A stretch of DNA of 64,000 nt from Gammaproteobacteria bacterium (GTDB lineage Bacteria; Pseudomonadota; Gammaproteobacteria; GCA-001735895), in assembly GCA_050291745.1 (NCBI GenBank), contig JBNKKI010000173.1, positions 3,428 to 67,427 of the forward strand. Direction: 5' to 3'. Positions within the stretch are counted from its first letter, which is position 1. Each line of letters begins with the position of its first letter. Shown here one piece after another: positions 48,638 through 58,850 of this stretch. The position numbers and the translations under genes were made by a program. The notes beneath the pieces were generated by a model that did no database searches, had not been told where the DNA came from, and saw nothing but the letters and a program-made list of their open reading frames with translations.

Positions 48638-49792
48638 ATGTCTGAAAATTCTAATCAGGTTTTACCGAAAGCCAAAAAATCGGTAGCTCTCTCCGGTACA
48701 GCTGCTGGAAACACTGCTATTTGTACTGTAGGGCGCACAGGTAATGACTTGCATTATCGTGGATATGATATTCTGGATTTTGCCGATAAGGCCGAGTTTG
48801 AAGAAATTGCCTTTTTGCTCATTCATGGTCACTTACCCAATATTTCTGAGCTTGATGCTTATAAAGCCAGACTGAAGTCAATGCGTGGTTTACCCAAAGC
48901 AGTAAAAAAAGCGCTTGAAGCTTTACCATCAACCGCGCATCCAATGGATGTAATGCGTACAGCCTGTTCTGTGATGGGTATCTGTATACCCGAGAAAGAC
49001 AGTCATCCGACTGCTGAAGCACGCGATATCATTGATCGCTTGATGGCCAGTTTTGGATCAGCCTTACTGTACTGGTATCACTTTGCAGTCAATGGTAAAC
49101 GTATAGAAGTTGAAACTGATGATGACTCTATAGGGGGGCATTTTCTCAATTTATTACATGGTAAGAAAGCGCCGGATTCCTGGGTTCGTGCGATGCATAC
49201 ATCATTAAATTTATATGCCGAGCATGAGTATAATGCATCAACATTTACTGCACGTGTTATCGCAGGAACAAATTCTGATATTTATTCTGCTATTACCGGA
49301 GCCATTGGCGCATTACGCGGGCCAAAACATGGTGGTGCTAATGAAGAAGCTTTCCGTACTCAAAGTCGTTATAAAACAGCAGATGAAGCTGAAGCGGATA
49401 TTCGCGCCCGGGTAGAACGTAAGGAAATTGTCATTGGTTTTGGTCATCCTGTGTATACAGTGGGTGATCCACGCAATGAAGTTATCAAATCCGTTGCTAA
49501 ACAGTTATCTGAAGAAGCAGGTAATACGAGAATGTTCGATGTTGCCGAACGTCTGGAAAGCGTCATGTGGGATATCAAAAAAATGTTCCCTAATCTGGAC
49601 TGGTTCTCAGCCGTATCTTATAACCAGATGGGTGTACCCACGGATATGTTCACCCCGTTATTTGTCATATCACGGGTCACAGGCTGGGGTGCTCATGTTA
49701 TTGAACAGCGCGAAGACGGTAAAATTATACGTCCTTCAGCGAATTATGTCGGGCCTGATATCCGTCCTTACGTCAGCATTGATAAACGATAA
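48638..49792 (+). CDS. prpC: 2-methylcitrate synthase
   Basis: 384 aa citrate-synthase fold; GLRGYDILD..., catalytic His/Asp regions ([14 protein letters not shown]). Confidence 0.9.
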   Translation: MSENSNQVLPKAKKSVALSGTAAGNTAICTVGRTGNDLHYRGYDILDFADKAEFEEIAFLLIHGHLPNISELDAYKARLKSMRGLPKAVKKALEALPSTAHPMDVMRTACSVMGICIPEKDSHPTAEARDIIDRLMASFGSALLYWYHFAVNGKRIEVETDDDSIGGHFLNLLHGKKAPDSWVRAMHTSLNLYAEHEYNASTFTARVIAGTNSDIYSAITGAIGALRGPKHGGANEEAFRTQSRYKTADEAEADIRARVERKEIVIGFGHPVYTVGDPRNEVIKSVAKQLSEEAGNTRMFDVAERLESVMWDIKKMFPNLDWFSAVSYNQMGVPTDMFTPLFVISRVTGWGAHVIEQREDGKIIRPSANYVGPDIRPYVSIDKR

Positions 49793-49904
49793 AGTTATCG
49801 CTGAATCTGCTGCTTCAACTGATTTTTCCAGGTTCAATTCTACTCCTCCATCAAAAGCCATTACTGTTCATGTGACAGTAATGGCTCATAAGTAATTATT
49901 ATTT

Positions 49905-49914
49905 TTGTCGACAA
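49905..49914. promoter_or_regulatory. Palindrome TTGTCGACAA, candidate GntR/FadR-type operator (site 1)
   Basis: Perfect 10-bp palindrome 90 bp upstream of the GntR regulator gene; repeated at 49957-49968 (ATTGTCGACAAT) and inside the gene at 50107-50120. Confidence 0.35.
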
Positions 49915-49956
49915 TTTCGATATTATCTATGGACTATTGCCTGAATAATGGCTATA

Positions 49957-49968
49957 TTGTCGACAATT
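49957..49968. promoter_or_regulatory. Palindrome ATTGTCGACAAT, candidate GntR/FadR-type operator (site 2)
   Basis: Second copy, 27 bp upstream of the GntR start; matches the T-N-G-T-N-N-N-A-C-N-A FadR-subfamily operator architecture. Confidence 0.35.
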
Positions 49969-49994
49969 AATGAATATAATAATTTCTTCTTTTT

Positions 49995-50690
49995 ATGATG
50001 CTAGTCACCGAAGCCCCTGTTACATCAGCCGATAAAACTTTTTTCAAGTTAAGAGCGGATATTGTAGAAGGTGAAATTCTGGCTGGCTCCAAGCTAAGTG
50101 AAGCTGAATTGTCGACAAAATATGGTGTCAGTCGCGCAGTTATCCGGGAAGCTATAAATCGTCTTGAATTCTGTCATCTGGTAGAACGTAAGGCTAATAT
50201 TGGCGCTAGAGTTGTCGCAATAACCGCAACAGGGCTGGCAGAACTATATGAAGTGCGAGAAGCGCTTGAAGGTATGGCGGCACGTCTTGCCGCGATTCAT
50301 ATGACGGATCAGCAAATAAAAGATTTAAACAGTTTACTGGATAGCCATCTAAAAACCGTTCAAAACGGTGATTCTTATTATCAGGAAGCGGGTGATCTGG
50401 ATTTCCATTACCGCATAGTCCAGGGTAGTAAAAACAAACATTTGATCTCTGTTTTGATTGATAGTAATTACCACCTGATCCGTATGTATCGTGTGCAATT
50501 AGGAATGGCTGGCCCCAGAGTTTCCACCGCTTTTGAAGAGCATAGGCAGGTAGCCAAAGCAATTTCCAATCGTGATGCGGAGCTCGCTGAAATTTTAATG
50601 CGCCGACATATCCTTTATACAAAAAATAGCCTTGAACAAAAAATAAATAAAACTAATAACCAGAAACCTGAAAAAATCAGAGAGCAATAA
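49995..50690 (+). CDS. GntR-family (FadR/FCD subfamily) transcriptional regulator, PrpR-like by context
   Basis: N-terminal wHTH (LSEAELSTKYGVSRAVIREAINRLE) and FCD ligand-binding domain; sits between prpC and acnD as in Vibrio/Shewanella-type methylcitrate loci. Confidence 0.8.
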   Translation: MMLVTEAPVTSADKTFFKLRADIVEGEILAGSKLSEAELSTKYGVSRAVIREAINRLEFCHLVERKANIGARVVAITATGLAELYEVREALEGMAARLAAIHMTDQQIKDLNSLLDSHLKTVQNGDSYYQEAGDLDFHYRIVQGSKNKHLISVLIDSNYHLIRMYRVQLGMAGPRVSTAFEEHRQVAKAISNRDAELAEILMRRHILYTKNSLEQKINKTNNQKPEKIREQ

Positions 50691-50691
50691 T

Positions 50692-53295
50692 ATGAATACT
50701 GAATACCGTAAACCACTGGCCGGTTTCAATGTGGATTATTTTGATACACGCGCAGCAATAGAGGCAATTCAAGCTGGTGCATATAGTCGATTACCTTACA
50801 CTTCCCGTGTTCTGGCTGAACAGTTGGTACGTCGCTGTGATCCCGCATCTTTGACCGATTCACTAAAGCAAATAATTGAACGTCGACGTGATCTGGATTT
50901 TCCCTGGTACCCCGCTCGGGTAGTTTGTCATGACATCCTTGGTCAAACTGCACTGGTTGATCTGGCCGGTTTACGTGATGCCATTGCTGATCAGGGGGGC
51001 GATCCGGCAAAGGTTAATCCAGTGGTGCCTACCCAGTTAATTGTTGATCACTCTCTGGCTGTAGAATACGCAGGATTTGACCCTGATGCCTTTGAGAAAA
51101 ATCGTGCCATAGAAGATAGAAGAAATGAAGATAGATTTCATTTTATTGAGTGGACTAAAACTGCTTTTCAAAATGTAGATGTGATCCCGGCAGGTAACGG
51201 CATCATGCATCAAATCAATCTGGAAAAAATGTCTCCGGTTATTCAAACAAGAGATGGTGTTGCTTTTCCTGATACCTGTGTTGGTACTGATAGTCATACA
51301 CCACACATCGATTCCCTGGGTGTTATCGCCATCGGTGTTGGTGGTCTGGAAGCCGAGACAGTCATGTTAGGTCGGCCTTCCATGATGCGTCTGCCCAATA
51401 TTATCGGGGTCAAACTAAGCGGTAAACGTCAACCCGGTATTACTGCAACTGATATCGTACTGGCACTAACTGAATTTCTGCGAAATGAGAAAGTGGTTTC
51501 TTCATATCTTGAATTCTTCGGTGAAGGTGCATCCAATCTTACGCTTGGTGATCGTGCCACTATTTCAAATATGACACCTGAATTCGGTGCTTCTGCCGGT
51601 ATGTTTTATATCGATGAACAAACCATCGAATACCTGAAATTAACCGGTCGGGATGTTGAGCAGGTAGCACTGGTTGAACACTATGCAAAAACCACCGGGC
51701 TATGGGCCGATAGTCTGATTGAGGCTGAATACGAACGTGTGATTGAATTTGATTTATCGACTGTCTGTCGCAATATGGCAGGGCCATCCAATCCTCATCG
51801 TCGTTTACCAACATCCGATTTACTGCAGCGTGGCTTCGCAGCTAATCAGGATAAGGAGATAGAAGATGATGGCAAAATGCCTGATGGTGCAGTGATTATA
51901 GCGGCCATAACAAGTTGTACAAATACCAGTAATCCACGCAATGTCGTGGCAGCCGGACTGGTTGCACGTAAGGCAAATGAACTGGGTTTAACCAGGAAAC
52001 CCTGGGTGAAGACATCTTTTGCACCCGGTTCGAAAGTAGCCAAACTCTATCTACAGGATGCTGGTTTACTATCTGAAATGGAGAAACTGGGTTTTGGAAT
52101 AGTGGCTTATGCCTGTACCACCTGTAATGGTATGAGTGGTGCACTTGACCCTGAAATTCAACAGGAAGTGATTGACCGGGATCTTTATGCGACCGCTGTG
52201 TTATCGGGTAATCGTAATTTCGATGGTCGTATACATCCCTATGCTAAACAGGCTTTTCTGGCATCACCGCCATTGGTAGTAGCCTATGCCATTGCCGGTA
52301 CTATGCATTTTGATATTGAACAGGATTCCCTGGGTACCGATAAAAATGGCAACCCCGTCACTTTGAAAGATATCTGGCCAACTGATGAAGAGATTGATGA
52401 AATAGTCAAAAACAGTGTTAAACCTGAGCAATTTAGTCAGGTATATAATCCCATGTTCGATCTGGGTCAGGTGAAAGAGGCTGAAAGTCCATTATATGAC
52501 TGGAACCCGCAAAGCACTTACATACGACGTCCTCCCTACTGGGAAGGTGCACTGGCAGGTGAACGTAGCATGAAAGGAATGCGCCCGCTGGCGGTTCTGG
52601 GTGACAATATTACCACTGACCATCTATCCCCATCTAATGCCATTTTGCTGGATAGTGCAGCAGGGGCTTATCTACATAAAATGGGTCTACCTGAAGTAGA
52701 TTTTAATTCCTATGCGACTCATCGTGGAGATCATCTAACTGCTCAACGGGCAACCTTCGCTAATCCAAAGCTGCTCAATGAAATGTGTCGGGATGAAAAC
52801 GGTGAAGTTATACAGGGCTCTCTGGCAAGAATTGAACCGGAAGGCCGGCAAAGTAGAATGTGGGAAGCAATAGAAACTTACATGCAACGTAAGCAAGCTC
52901 TGATTATTATTGCCGGTGCAGATTATGGACAGGGTTCATCACGAGACTGGGCGGCAAAAGGTGTCCGACTGGCAGGGGTTGAAGTTATTGTCGCAGAAGG
53001 ATTCGAACGAATACACCGTACTAACCTGGTGGGCATGGGTGTGTTACCTCTGGAATTTATGGCTGGCGAAAACCGACACAGCTATTCAATAGATGGTACA
53101 GAAACCTATGATGTCATCGGTGAAATAGCACCTTTGGCAACGCTTACAGTAAATATGACTCGTGCTAACGGCGAGCTTGTAGAAATACCAGTCACCTGTC
53201 GACTCGATACCGCCGAAGAGGTTCATGTTTATTCGGCCGGTGGCGTCCTGCAACGATTTGCACAGGACTTTCTTCAATCCAGCAATATAGCTTAA
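50692..53295 (+). CDS. acnD: Fe-S-dependent 2-methylcitrate dehydratase (aconitase family AcnD)
   Basis: 867 aa aconitase A-like; Fe-S ligand cysteines (ITSCTNTSN, CTTCNG); followed by prpF. Confidence 0.9.
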   Translation: MNTEYRKPLAGFNVDYFDTRAAIEAIQAGAYSRLPYTSRVLAEQLVRRCDPASLTDSLKQIIERRRDLDFPWYPARVVCHDILGQTALVDLAGLRDAIADQGGDPAKVNPVVPTQLIVDHSLAVEYAGFDPDAFEKNRAIEDRRNEDRFHFIEWTKTAFQNVDVIPAGNGIMHQINLEKMSPVIQTRDGVAFPDTCVGTDSHTPHIDSLGVIAIGVGGLEAETVMLGRPSMMRLPNIIGVKLSGKRQPGITATDIVLALTEFLRNEKVVSSYLEFFGEGASNLTLGDRATISNMTPEFGASAGMFYIDEQTIEYLKLTGRDVEQVALVEHYAKTTGLWADSLIEAEYERVIEFDLSTVCRNMAGPSNPHRRLPTSDLLQRGFAANQDKEIEDDGKMPDGAVIIAAITSCTNTSNPRNVVAAGLVARKANELGLTRKPWVKTSFAPGSKVAKLYLQDAGLLSEMEKLGFGIVAYACTTCNGMSGALDPEIQQEVIDRDLYATAVLSGNRNFDGRIHPYAKQAFLASPPLVVAYAIAGTMHFDIEQDSLGTDKNGNPVTLKDIWPTDEEIDEIVKNSVKPEQFSQVYNPMFDLGQVKEAESPLYDWNPQSTYIRRPPYWEGALAGERSMKGMRPLAVLGDNITTDHLSPSNAILLDSAAGAYLHKMGLPEVDFNSYATHRGDHLTAQRATFANPKLLNEMCRDENGEVIQGSLARIEPEGRQSRMWEAIETYMQRKQALIIIAGADYGQGSSRDWAAKGVRLAGVEVIVAEGFERIHRTNLVGMGVLPLEFMAGENRHSYSIDGTETYDVIGEIAPLATLTVNMTRANGELVEIPVTCRLDTAEEVHVYSAGGVLQRFAQDFLQSSNIA

Positions 53296-53307
53296 AGGAG
53301 AGAATTA

Positions 53308-54486
53308 ATGCCTCATTTACCGCAAATTAAAATTCCCGCTACCTATATGCGTGGTGGAACCAGCAAAGGTGTATTTTTTAAGCTGAGTGACCTGCCTGAA
53401 CCCGCTCAACAGGCAGGTGCAGCTCGTGATGCAATTTTGCTGCGAGTGATTGGTAGTCCTGATCCTTATGGAAAGCAAACTGATGGAATGGGTGGCGCTA
53501 CATCAAGTACCAGTAAAACAGTTATTCTGTCAAAAAGCAGCCGCAGTGATCACGATGTGGATTACCTGTTTGGACAAGTCGCAATAGATCGCGCTTTTGT
53601 CGACTGGAGCGGTAATTGTGGCAACTTAACATCGGCAGTTGGTTCATTTGCTATTAGTAGCGGTCTGGTCGATTCAGCAGGTATTCCACAAAATGGTATT
53701 GCTACAGTGCGTATCTGGCAGGCTAATATTGAAAAAACAATTATCGCCAAAGTACCAATGACTAATGGAGTAGTTCAGGAGACTGGTGATTTTGAACTTG
53801 ATGGAGTTACCTTTCCGGCAGCAGAAGTTGAGCTGGAATTTATGGCTCCGGCGGATGGTGAAGGCGCTTTATTTCCAAGCGGTAATCTAGTAGATGAACT
53901 TGAAGTCCCTGATGTGGGCAGATTTAAAACCACAATGATTAATGCTGGTATTCCAACCATCTTTCTGAATGCTGAAGATCTTGGATATAAGGGTACAGAA
54001 TTGCAGGATGCAATAAATAATGATGAAGCGGCGCTGCAAAAGTTTGAAACAATACGAGCTTATGGAGCAGTTAAAATGGGCCTGATTAAAGATATTAAAG
54101 AAGCTGCTAACAGACAGCACACACCCAAGGTTGCATTCGTTGCAAAACCTGTTGATTACATTTCTTCCAGTGGTAAAAACATCACGGCTGAAGATATCGA
54201 CGTCAATGTGCGTGCGCTTTCAATGGGTAAGCTGCATCATGCTATGATGGGCACAGCAGCTGTAGCTATAGGTACGGCTGCAGCAATACCCGGTACTTTA
54301 GTGAATATTGCCGCAGGTGGAGAAGAACGTAACTCTGTACGCTTTGGTCATCCTTCAGGTACGCTTAAAGTGGGTGCGGAAGCGAGCCTGGTTGAGGGTA
54401 ACTGGACAGTTAACAAGGTGATAATGAGCCGTAGTGCCAGAGTGCTAATGGAAGGCAGAGTTCATATACCCGGTGATTCTTTTTAA
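53308..54486 (+). CDS. prpF: 2-methylaconitate cis-trans isomerase
   Basis: 392 aa; PrpF family signature N-terminus (IPATYMRGGTSKGVFF) and diaminopimelate-epimerase-like fold motifs. Confidence 0.85.
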   Translation: MPHLPQIKIPATYMRGGTSKGVFFKLSDLPEPAQQAGAARDAILLRVIGSPDPYGKQTDGMGGATSSTSKTVILSKSSRSDHDVDYLFGQVAIDRAFVDWSGNCGNLTSAVGSFAISSGLVDSAGIPQNGIATVRIWQANIEKTIIAKVPMTNGVVQETGDFELDGVTFPAAEVELEFMAPADGEGALFPSGNLVDELEVPDVGRFKTTMINAGIPTIFLNAEDLGYKGTELQDAINNDEAALQKFETIRAYGAVKMGLIKDIKEAANRQHTPKVAFVAKPVDYISSSGKNITAEDIDVNVRALSMGKLHHAMMGTAAVAIGTAAAIPGTLVNIAAGGEERNSVRFGHPSGTLKVGAEASLVEGNWTVNKVIMSRSARVLMEGRVHIPGDSF

Positions 54487-54524
54487 ACGAGATCAATAAT
54501 TAATTTAATAAAAGAGGATAAATA

Positions 54525-55520
54525 ATGACAACATTCCCTGCATGGCAAGTTAACAAAACGGATGAAGGTACATCTGTTTCACTCACTGAATTGACTCTGG
54601 ACAACTTAACGGATGGAGACGTCACGATTCAAATAGAATACTCCGGCTTAAATTATAAAGATGGTCTGGCAATGACAAAAAGTGCCCTGATCATTAAAAA
54701 TTATCCTCTGATTCCCGGAATTGATTTCGCAGGTACGGTTATTCAATCAGAAACTGATAAGTTCAAAGCAGGTGACAAGGTTATCTTAACCGGTTATGGC
54801 GTCGGTGAAAAATATAATGGTGGTTATGCAGGGATTGCCAGAGTTAAAAGTGAATGGCTGGTGCCTTTACCGGATAATATGAGCACAAGACAGGCCATGG
54901 CCATAGGCACTGCAGGTTTTACAGCCATGTTATGTATTCTGGCACTGCAAAATCATGGCGTTAAAGCAGAAGATGGAAATATATTAATCAGTGGTGCTGC
55001 TGGAGGCGTCGGTAGTATCGCTGTATCTATTTTGCATAAACTGGGTTACAAAGTAACCGCGATGACTGGCAGAATGCATGAGGCAGATTATTTGCATCAG
55101 TTAGGTGCTAGCGACATCATTGACAGGAATGAGTTTGCAGGCAAGCCACGACCACTGGCGAAAGAAAACTGGGCTGCAGCGATAGATGTGGCAGGTGGTT
55201 TTACGCTGGCCAATATTTTAACGCAAATTAAAGCACAGGGAGCTGTTGCTGCCTGTGGACTGGCAGAATCAATGGATTTACCAACATCTGTGGCCCCCTT
55301 TATTTTACGTGGAATCAGTTTATATGGTATTGACTCAGTCTATTGCCCGAATCATAAAAGACTCGATGCCTGGCAAAGACTGTCACAGGACCTGGATTTA
55401 AATTCACTCGAATCAATGGTCACGGAAATTGAATTTAATGATATTCCACAAGCTGCGAAAGAAATTTTAAAGGGTCAGATTCGCGGACGTGTGATTGTTA
55501 ATCTGGAAAAATCAGTTTAG
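54525..55520 (+). CDS. MDR-superfamily NADPH-dependent reductase, YhdH/AcuI (acrylyl-CoA reductase)-like
   Basis: 331 aa, zinc-independent MDR; AAGGVGS nucleotide-binding motif; collinear with E. coli YhdH-type proteins; adjacent to propionate genes. Confidence 0.7.
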   Translation: MTTFPAWQVNKTDEGTSVSLTELTLDNLTDGDVTIQIEYSGLNYKDGLAMTKSALIIKNYPLIPGIDFAGTVIQSETDKFKAGDKVILTGYGVGEKYNGGYAGIARVKSEWLVPLPDNMSTRQAMAIGTAGFTAMLCILALQNHGVKAEDGNILISGAAGGVGSIAVSILHKLGYKVTAMTGRMHEADYLHQLGASDIIDRNEFAGKPRPLAKENWAAAIDVAGGFTLANILTQIKAQGAVAACGLAESMDLPTSVAPFILRGISLYGIDSVYCPNHKRLDAWQRLSQDLDLNSLESMVTEIEFNDIPQAAKEILKGQIRGRVIVNLEKSV

Positions 55521-55598
55521 CGTGAAAAAACCTGACAGATTGATGTAGATGATCTAAGCCAGGGATGGCTGAAAGTGTTTTGATTTTATCATCCCATT

Positions 55599-55844
55599 AA
55601 ACCTGGATTCCGCAGTTGACCGCTCGCAATAACCATGACCCTAGATTCCACAGTTGACCGCTCGCAATAGAGATTAACCCACTGTTTCATAAACGATTAC
55701 AGTTGATGTGTATAATCACCCAATCGGTGAATCCCGCTACGAACTGAATTGCAGGTTTGAGGCGGTGTATCTCTCCGTTGTAACGCCTTGATCTACACCA
55801 GCTTAAACACACAATCAACTCGTCCGACAGCGGATTCCGGGTTT
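55599..55844 (+). repeat. MITE-like repeat family A, copy A6 (~246 bp) with tandemly duplicated left terminus
   Basis: AACCTGGATTCCGCAGTTGACCGCTCGCAATAACCATGACCCTAGATTCCACAGTTGACCGCTCGCAATAGAG... = two left ends in tandem; right end CGTCCGACAGCGGATTCCGGGTT. Confidence 0.75.
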
Positions 55845-55868
55845 AAGGTAGTCTAACTATATGAGTAA

Positions 55869-56843
55869 CTATATAGTCAGTACCGTGCAACCACTGGTTT
55901 GCCTGTCTTCCAGTGCACGGTGCGCATCGGCACAATTTGCCAGCGGGTAAGTCTGGTTTATATGAATTTTTACATCACCATTGGCTACCACACCAATCAA
56001 ACGATTTGCGCCTTCCAGGAATAACTCTTTGGTGGCGACATGGGTCGCAAGAGTCGGACGTGTTACATATAAAGAACCTTTGGGTGCAAGAATGCCTGGA
56101 TTAAAAGCTTCTACCGGTCCACTCGCATTACCATAAGTTGCCAATACACCAAATGGCTGTAAGGAATTCAGTGAAGCCTCAAAAGTTGCCTGACCAATTG
56201 AATCATAGGCTACTGCAACACCTTTTCCATTAGTGATTTCGGCAACACGGGCAGCTATATCCTCGTTACGGTACATAATGATATGATCGCAGCCATTAGC
56301 TCTGGCCAGCTCAGCTTTAGCTTCAGAGCCTACACAGCCTATTACTGTGGCACCTAATAACTTTGCCCATTGGCATAGAATTAAACCGACTCCGCCAGCC
56401 GCCGCATACATTAAAATAGTGTCACCGGGTTTGACCTGATAAGTTCGAAATAACAGGTAATGTGCCGTTAAGCCCTTAAGCATCATGGCAGCGGCAGTTA
56501 AATCATCGATATTGACTGGAATCTTACATAACTTATCAGCATCAATCAGACGTTCTTCAGCGTAAGCACCCTGACACATAGGGTAGGTAACTCGATCCCC
56601 CGGTTTAAATGCAGTGACGCCCTCACCCAGTTCCGTGATAATGCCAACGGCTTCCATACCGAGAATAGCGGGCATATCACCTACGGAATACAGGCCGGTA
56701 CGGCCATAGACATCGATATAATTTAGTCCACAGGCCGTTTGTTTGAGCTTTACCTGTCCGGCGGCGGGTTGTCCGACCTCGATATCTTCCCATTGCAGTA
56801 CTTCAGGACCACCGGTTTTATGAATTCGAATTGCTTTAGTCAT
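55869..56843 (-). CDS. NADPH:quinone oxidoreductase (Qor, zeta-crystallin family)
   Basis: 324 aa MDR protein, AAGGVG nucleotide motif, Qor-like N-terminus MTKAIRIHKTGGPEVLQWEDIEV. Confidence 0.8.
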   Translation of the reverse strand: MTKAIRIHKTGGPEVLQWEDIEVGQPAAGQVKLKQTACGLNYIDVYGRTGLYSVGDMPAILGMEAVGIITELGEGVTAFKPGDRVTYPMCQGAYAEERLIDADKLCKIPVNIDDLTAAAMMLKGLTAHYLLFRTYQVKPGDTILMYAAAGGVGLILCQWAKLLGATVIGCVGSEAKAELARANGCDHIIMYRNEDIAARVAEITNGKGVAVAYDSIGQATFEASLNSLQPFGVLATYGNASGPVEAFNPGILAPKGSLYVTRPTLATHVATKELFLEGANRLIGVVANGDVKIHINQTYPLANCADAHRALEDRQTSGCTVLTI

Positions 56844-57041
56844 GTTGTTTCTCCACCATTGGTAAGCGATTTTTCCAGGTTAATTTACCCTTTATTTGCA
56901 ATTTTTGCTTATATTTATTTTGTCTGTGATAAATAGGGCCACAGGATTATTTTATCAACTTATCCAGGATAATTATTAATTAATAAGACTATGCGATATT
57001 CTGATTAGGATTAGACAGCATGATGAGTATAGAATACTTCT

Positions 57042-57938
57042 ATGAATAATTTTCCTGTTGATTATATTGAACCTGTTTTTCGACCACCCAGTGAAGCGAA
57101 CTCGTTGATTCTTCAGGTAAGCAATGGCTGCTCATACAATCAATGTACTTTCTGTGACATGTATACTCAACCACAGAAAAAATTCCGCCCTAAAACATTG
57201 CAGACTATCGAGCAGGAATTGCAACTGATAGTGAATTCCGGGCAGCGATACCGGCGAATATTTCTGGCTGATGGAGATGCTATGTCGTTATCCTTCAGAA
57301 GATTGCATGGCATCATGTTATTGATTAATCAATACCTGCCGGAAACGCAACGTGTATCATCCTATTGCCTGCCCAGAAACCTGTTAAACAAAACAGAGGA
57401 TGAATTACTACAGTTACAGAGTATGGGGTTAAGTCTGATGTATGTGGGTTGTGAAACCGGTGACGACCTGTTGCTTGAAAAGGTTCGTAAAGGAGAAACC
57501 TTCGAATCATCTTTACAGGCATTAACAAAAATTAAAAATGCCCGCATGAAAAGCTCGGTAATGATTTTAAATGGACTGGGAGGAAAAAAATACAGTGAAC
57601 AGCATGCTATTAATTCTGCTCGATTAATGAATCAGGCACAACCGGATTATCTGGCTACATTGGTTATAAGTTTTTACTATGGTGAAGAACGATTTCAAAA
57701 AGCATTCGGAGGTGATTTCATTGCCTTAAAACCAGAAGACTTATTTGTCGAAATGGAAATACTGCTACAACAGCTGGAACTCGATAAAACGATTTTCCGT
57801 AGTGATCATGCATCCAATTATCTGGTGTTGAAAGGTGTTCTCGGAAGAGACAAAGCAAGGCTGCTAAAACAGGTTCAAGCGGCGATTCAGGATCAAAGTT
57901 CTGTTAATTTACGTAAGGAATGGCAAAGGAGTTTGTGA
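57042..57938 (+). CDS. Radical-SAM-like protein with non-canonical Cx4Cx2C cluster motif
   Basis: VSNGCSYNQCTFCDMY near the N-terminus (C-x4-C-x2-C instead of C-x3-C-x2-C), GGD/MSL and later segments consistent with a partial TIM-barrel radical SAM core; 298 aa. Confidence 0.5.
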   Translation: MNNFPVDYIEPVFRPPSEANSLILQVSNGCSYNQCTFCDMYTQPQKKFRPKTLQTIEQELQLIVNSGQRYRRIFLADGDAMSLSFRRLHGIMLLINQYLPETQRVSSYCLPRNLLNKTEDELLQLQSMGLSLMYVGCETGDDLLLEKVRKGETFESSLQALTKIKNARMKSSVMILNGLGGKKYSEQHAINSARLMNQAQPDYLATLVISFYYGEERFQKAFGGDFIALKPEDLFVEMEILLQQLELDKTIFRSDHASNYLVLKGVLGRDKARLLKQVQAAIQDQSSVNLRKEWQRSL

Positions 57939-58089
57939 ATTGTTTGGATTTTACAAACTTAACAAGTACATCAAAATCCTTCGTTGTCGATCACTGGGAT
58001 ATTTCGTTACCTGTCCCTGATGTAGATGGCACTCAGGAATGATATGGGGCTACAAAAAAATCGATGAAGTGGAGTATAGGGTCTGAATT

Positions 58090-58521
58090 ATGCGAATCTA
58101 TAAGAATCCAGATAGAGTACGAGTTTTCGAATTACTATCACAATGTGAATTGCCTTCAAGCGATCTGCAAAAATCTGATTTAGAAACATTTTTTGGTTGT
58201 GGTGATGAGGTTAATCCTGATGGTATAATTGGCCTCGAACAGTATGGGGTTTACGGACTTCTACGCTCATTAGCTGTAGCTCCAGAAGCAAGAAATCAGG
58301 GTTGTGCTAAGCTGCTTGTAATTAAGGTAGAAGAGTTTTCAAAAACTAGAGGTATAAAAACTATCTATCTACTAACAACTACCGCTAAGCAATTCTTTAG
58401 CAGGCTTGGATATAGTGAGGTGGAGAGGCAATCAGTTCCAGATGCTATTAAGGCTACAGCAGAGTTTTCAAGTCTTTGTCCTGATAGTGCAACAGTTATG
58501 GTAAAGAAAATTGAAAGTTAA
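58090..58521 (+). CDS. GNAT-family N-acetyltransferase (ArsN2/ArgA-like small form)
   Basis: 143 aa; acetyl-CoA binding segment LAVAPEARNQGCAKLLV (R-x-x-G-x-G/A). Confidence 0.6.
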   Translation: MRIYKNPDRVRVFELLSQCELPSSDLQKSDLETFFGCGDEVNPDGIIGLEQYGVYGLLRSLAVAPEARNQGCAKLLVIKVEEFSKTRGIKTIYLLTTTAKQFFSRLGYSEVERQSVPDAIKATAEFSSLCPDSATVMVKKIES

Positions 58522-58605
58522 CAAATAAAGTAAGCGGAAAAATTTGCCTATCCGTTTAGTTGCGAGGCAGTTTTTTGGTTCTTTGAGAGTTATATTTTTC
58601 AAGGA

Positions 58606-58850
58606 TATCTATGATCCTGGATTCCGCAGTTGACCGCTCGCAATAGAGGTTAACCCACTGTTTCATAAACCATGACAGTTGATGTGTATAATCACCCAAT
58701 CGATGCATCCCGCTACGAACTGAATTGCAGGTTTGAGGCTGCGTATCTCTTCGTTGTAACTCCTTGCAATAGCTGGCTATTCCGCGTCGTTACGCCTTGA
58801 TCTACACCACCTCAAACGCACAATCAACTCGTCCAACTGCGAATTCTAGC
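58606..58850 (+). repeat. MITE-like repeat family A, full-length copy A7 (~245 bp); its right end contains the stop codon of the hybrid kinase gene
   Basis: CCTGGATTCCGCAGTTGACCGCTCGCAATAGAGGTTAACCC...CTCGTCCAACTGCGAATTCTAGC; minus-strand TAG (58846-58848) lies inside GAATTCTAGC. Confidence 0.75.
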
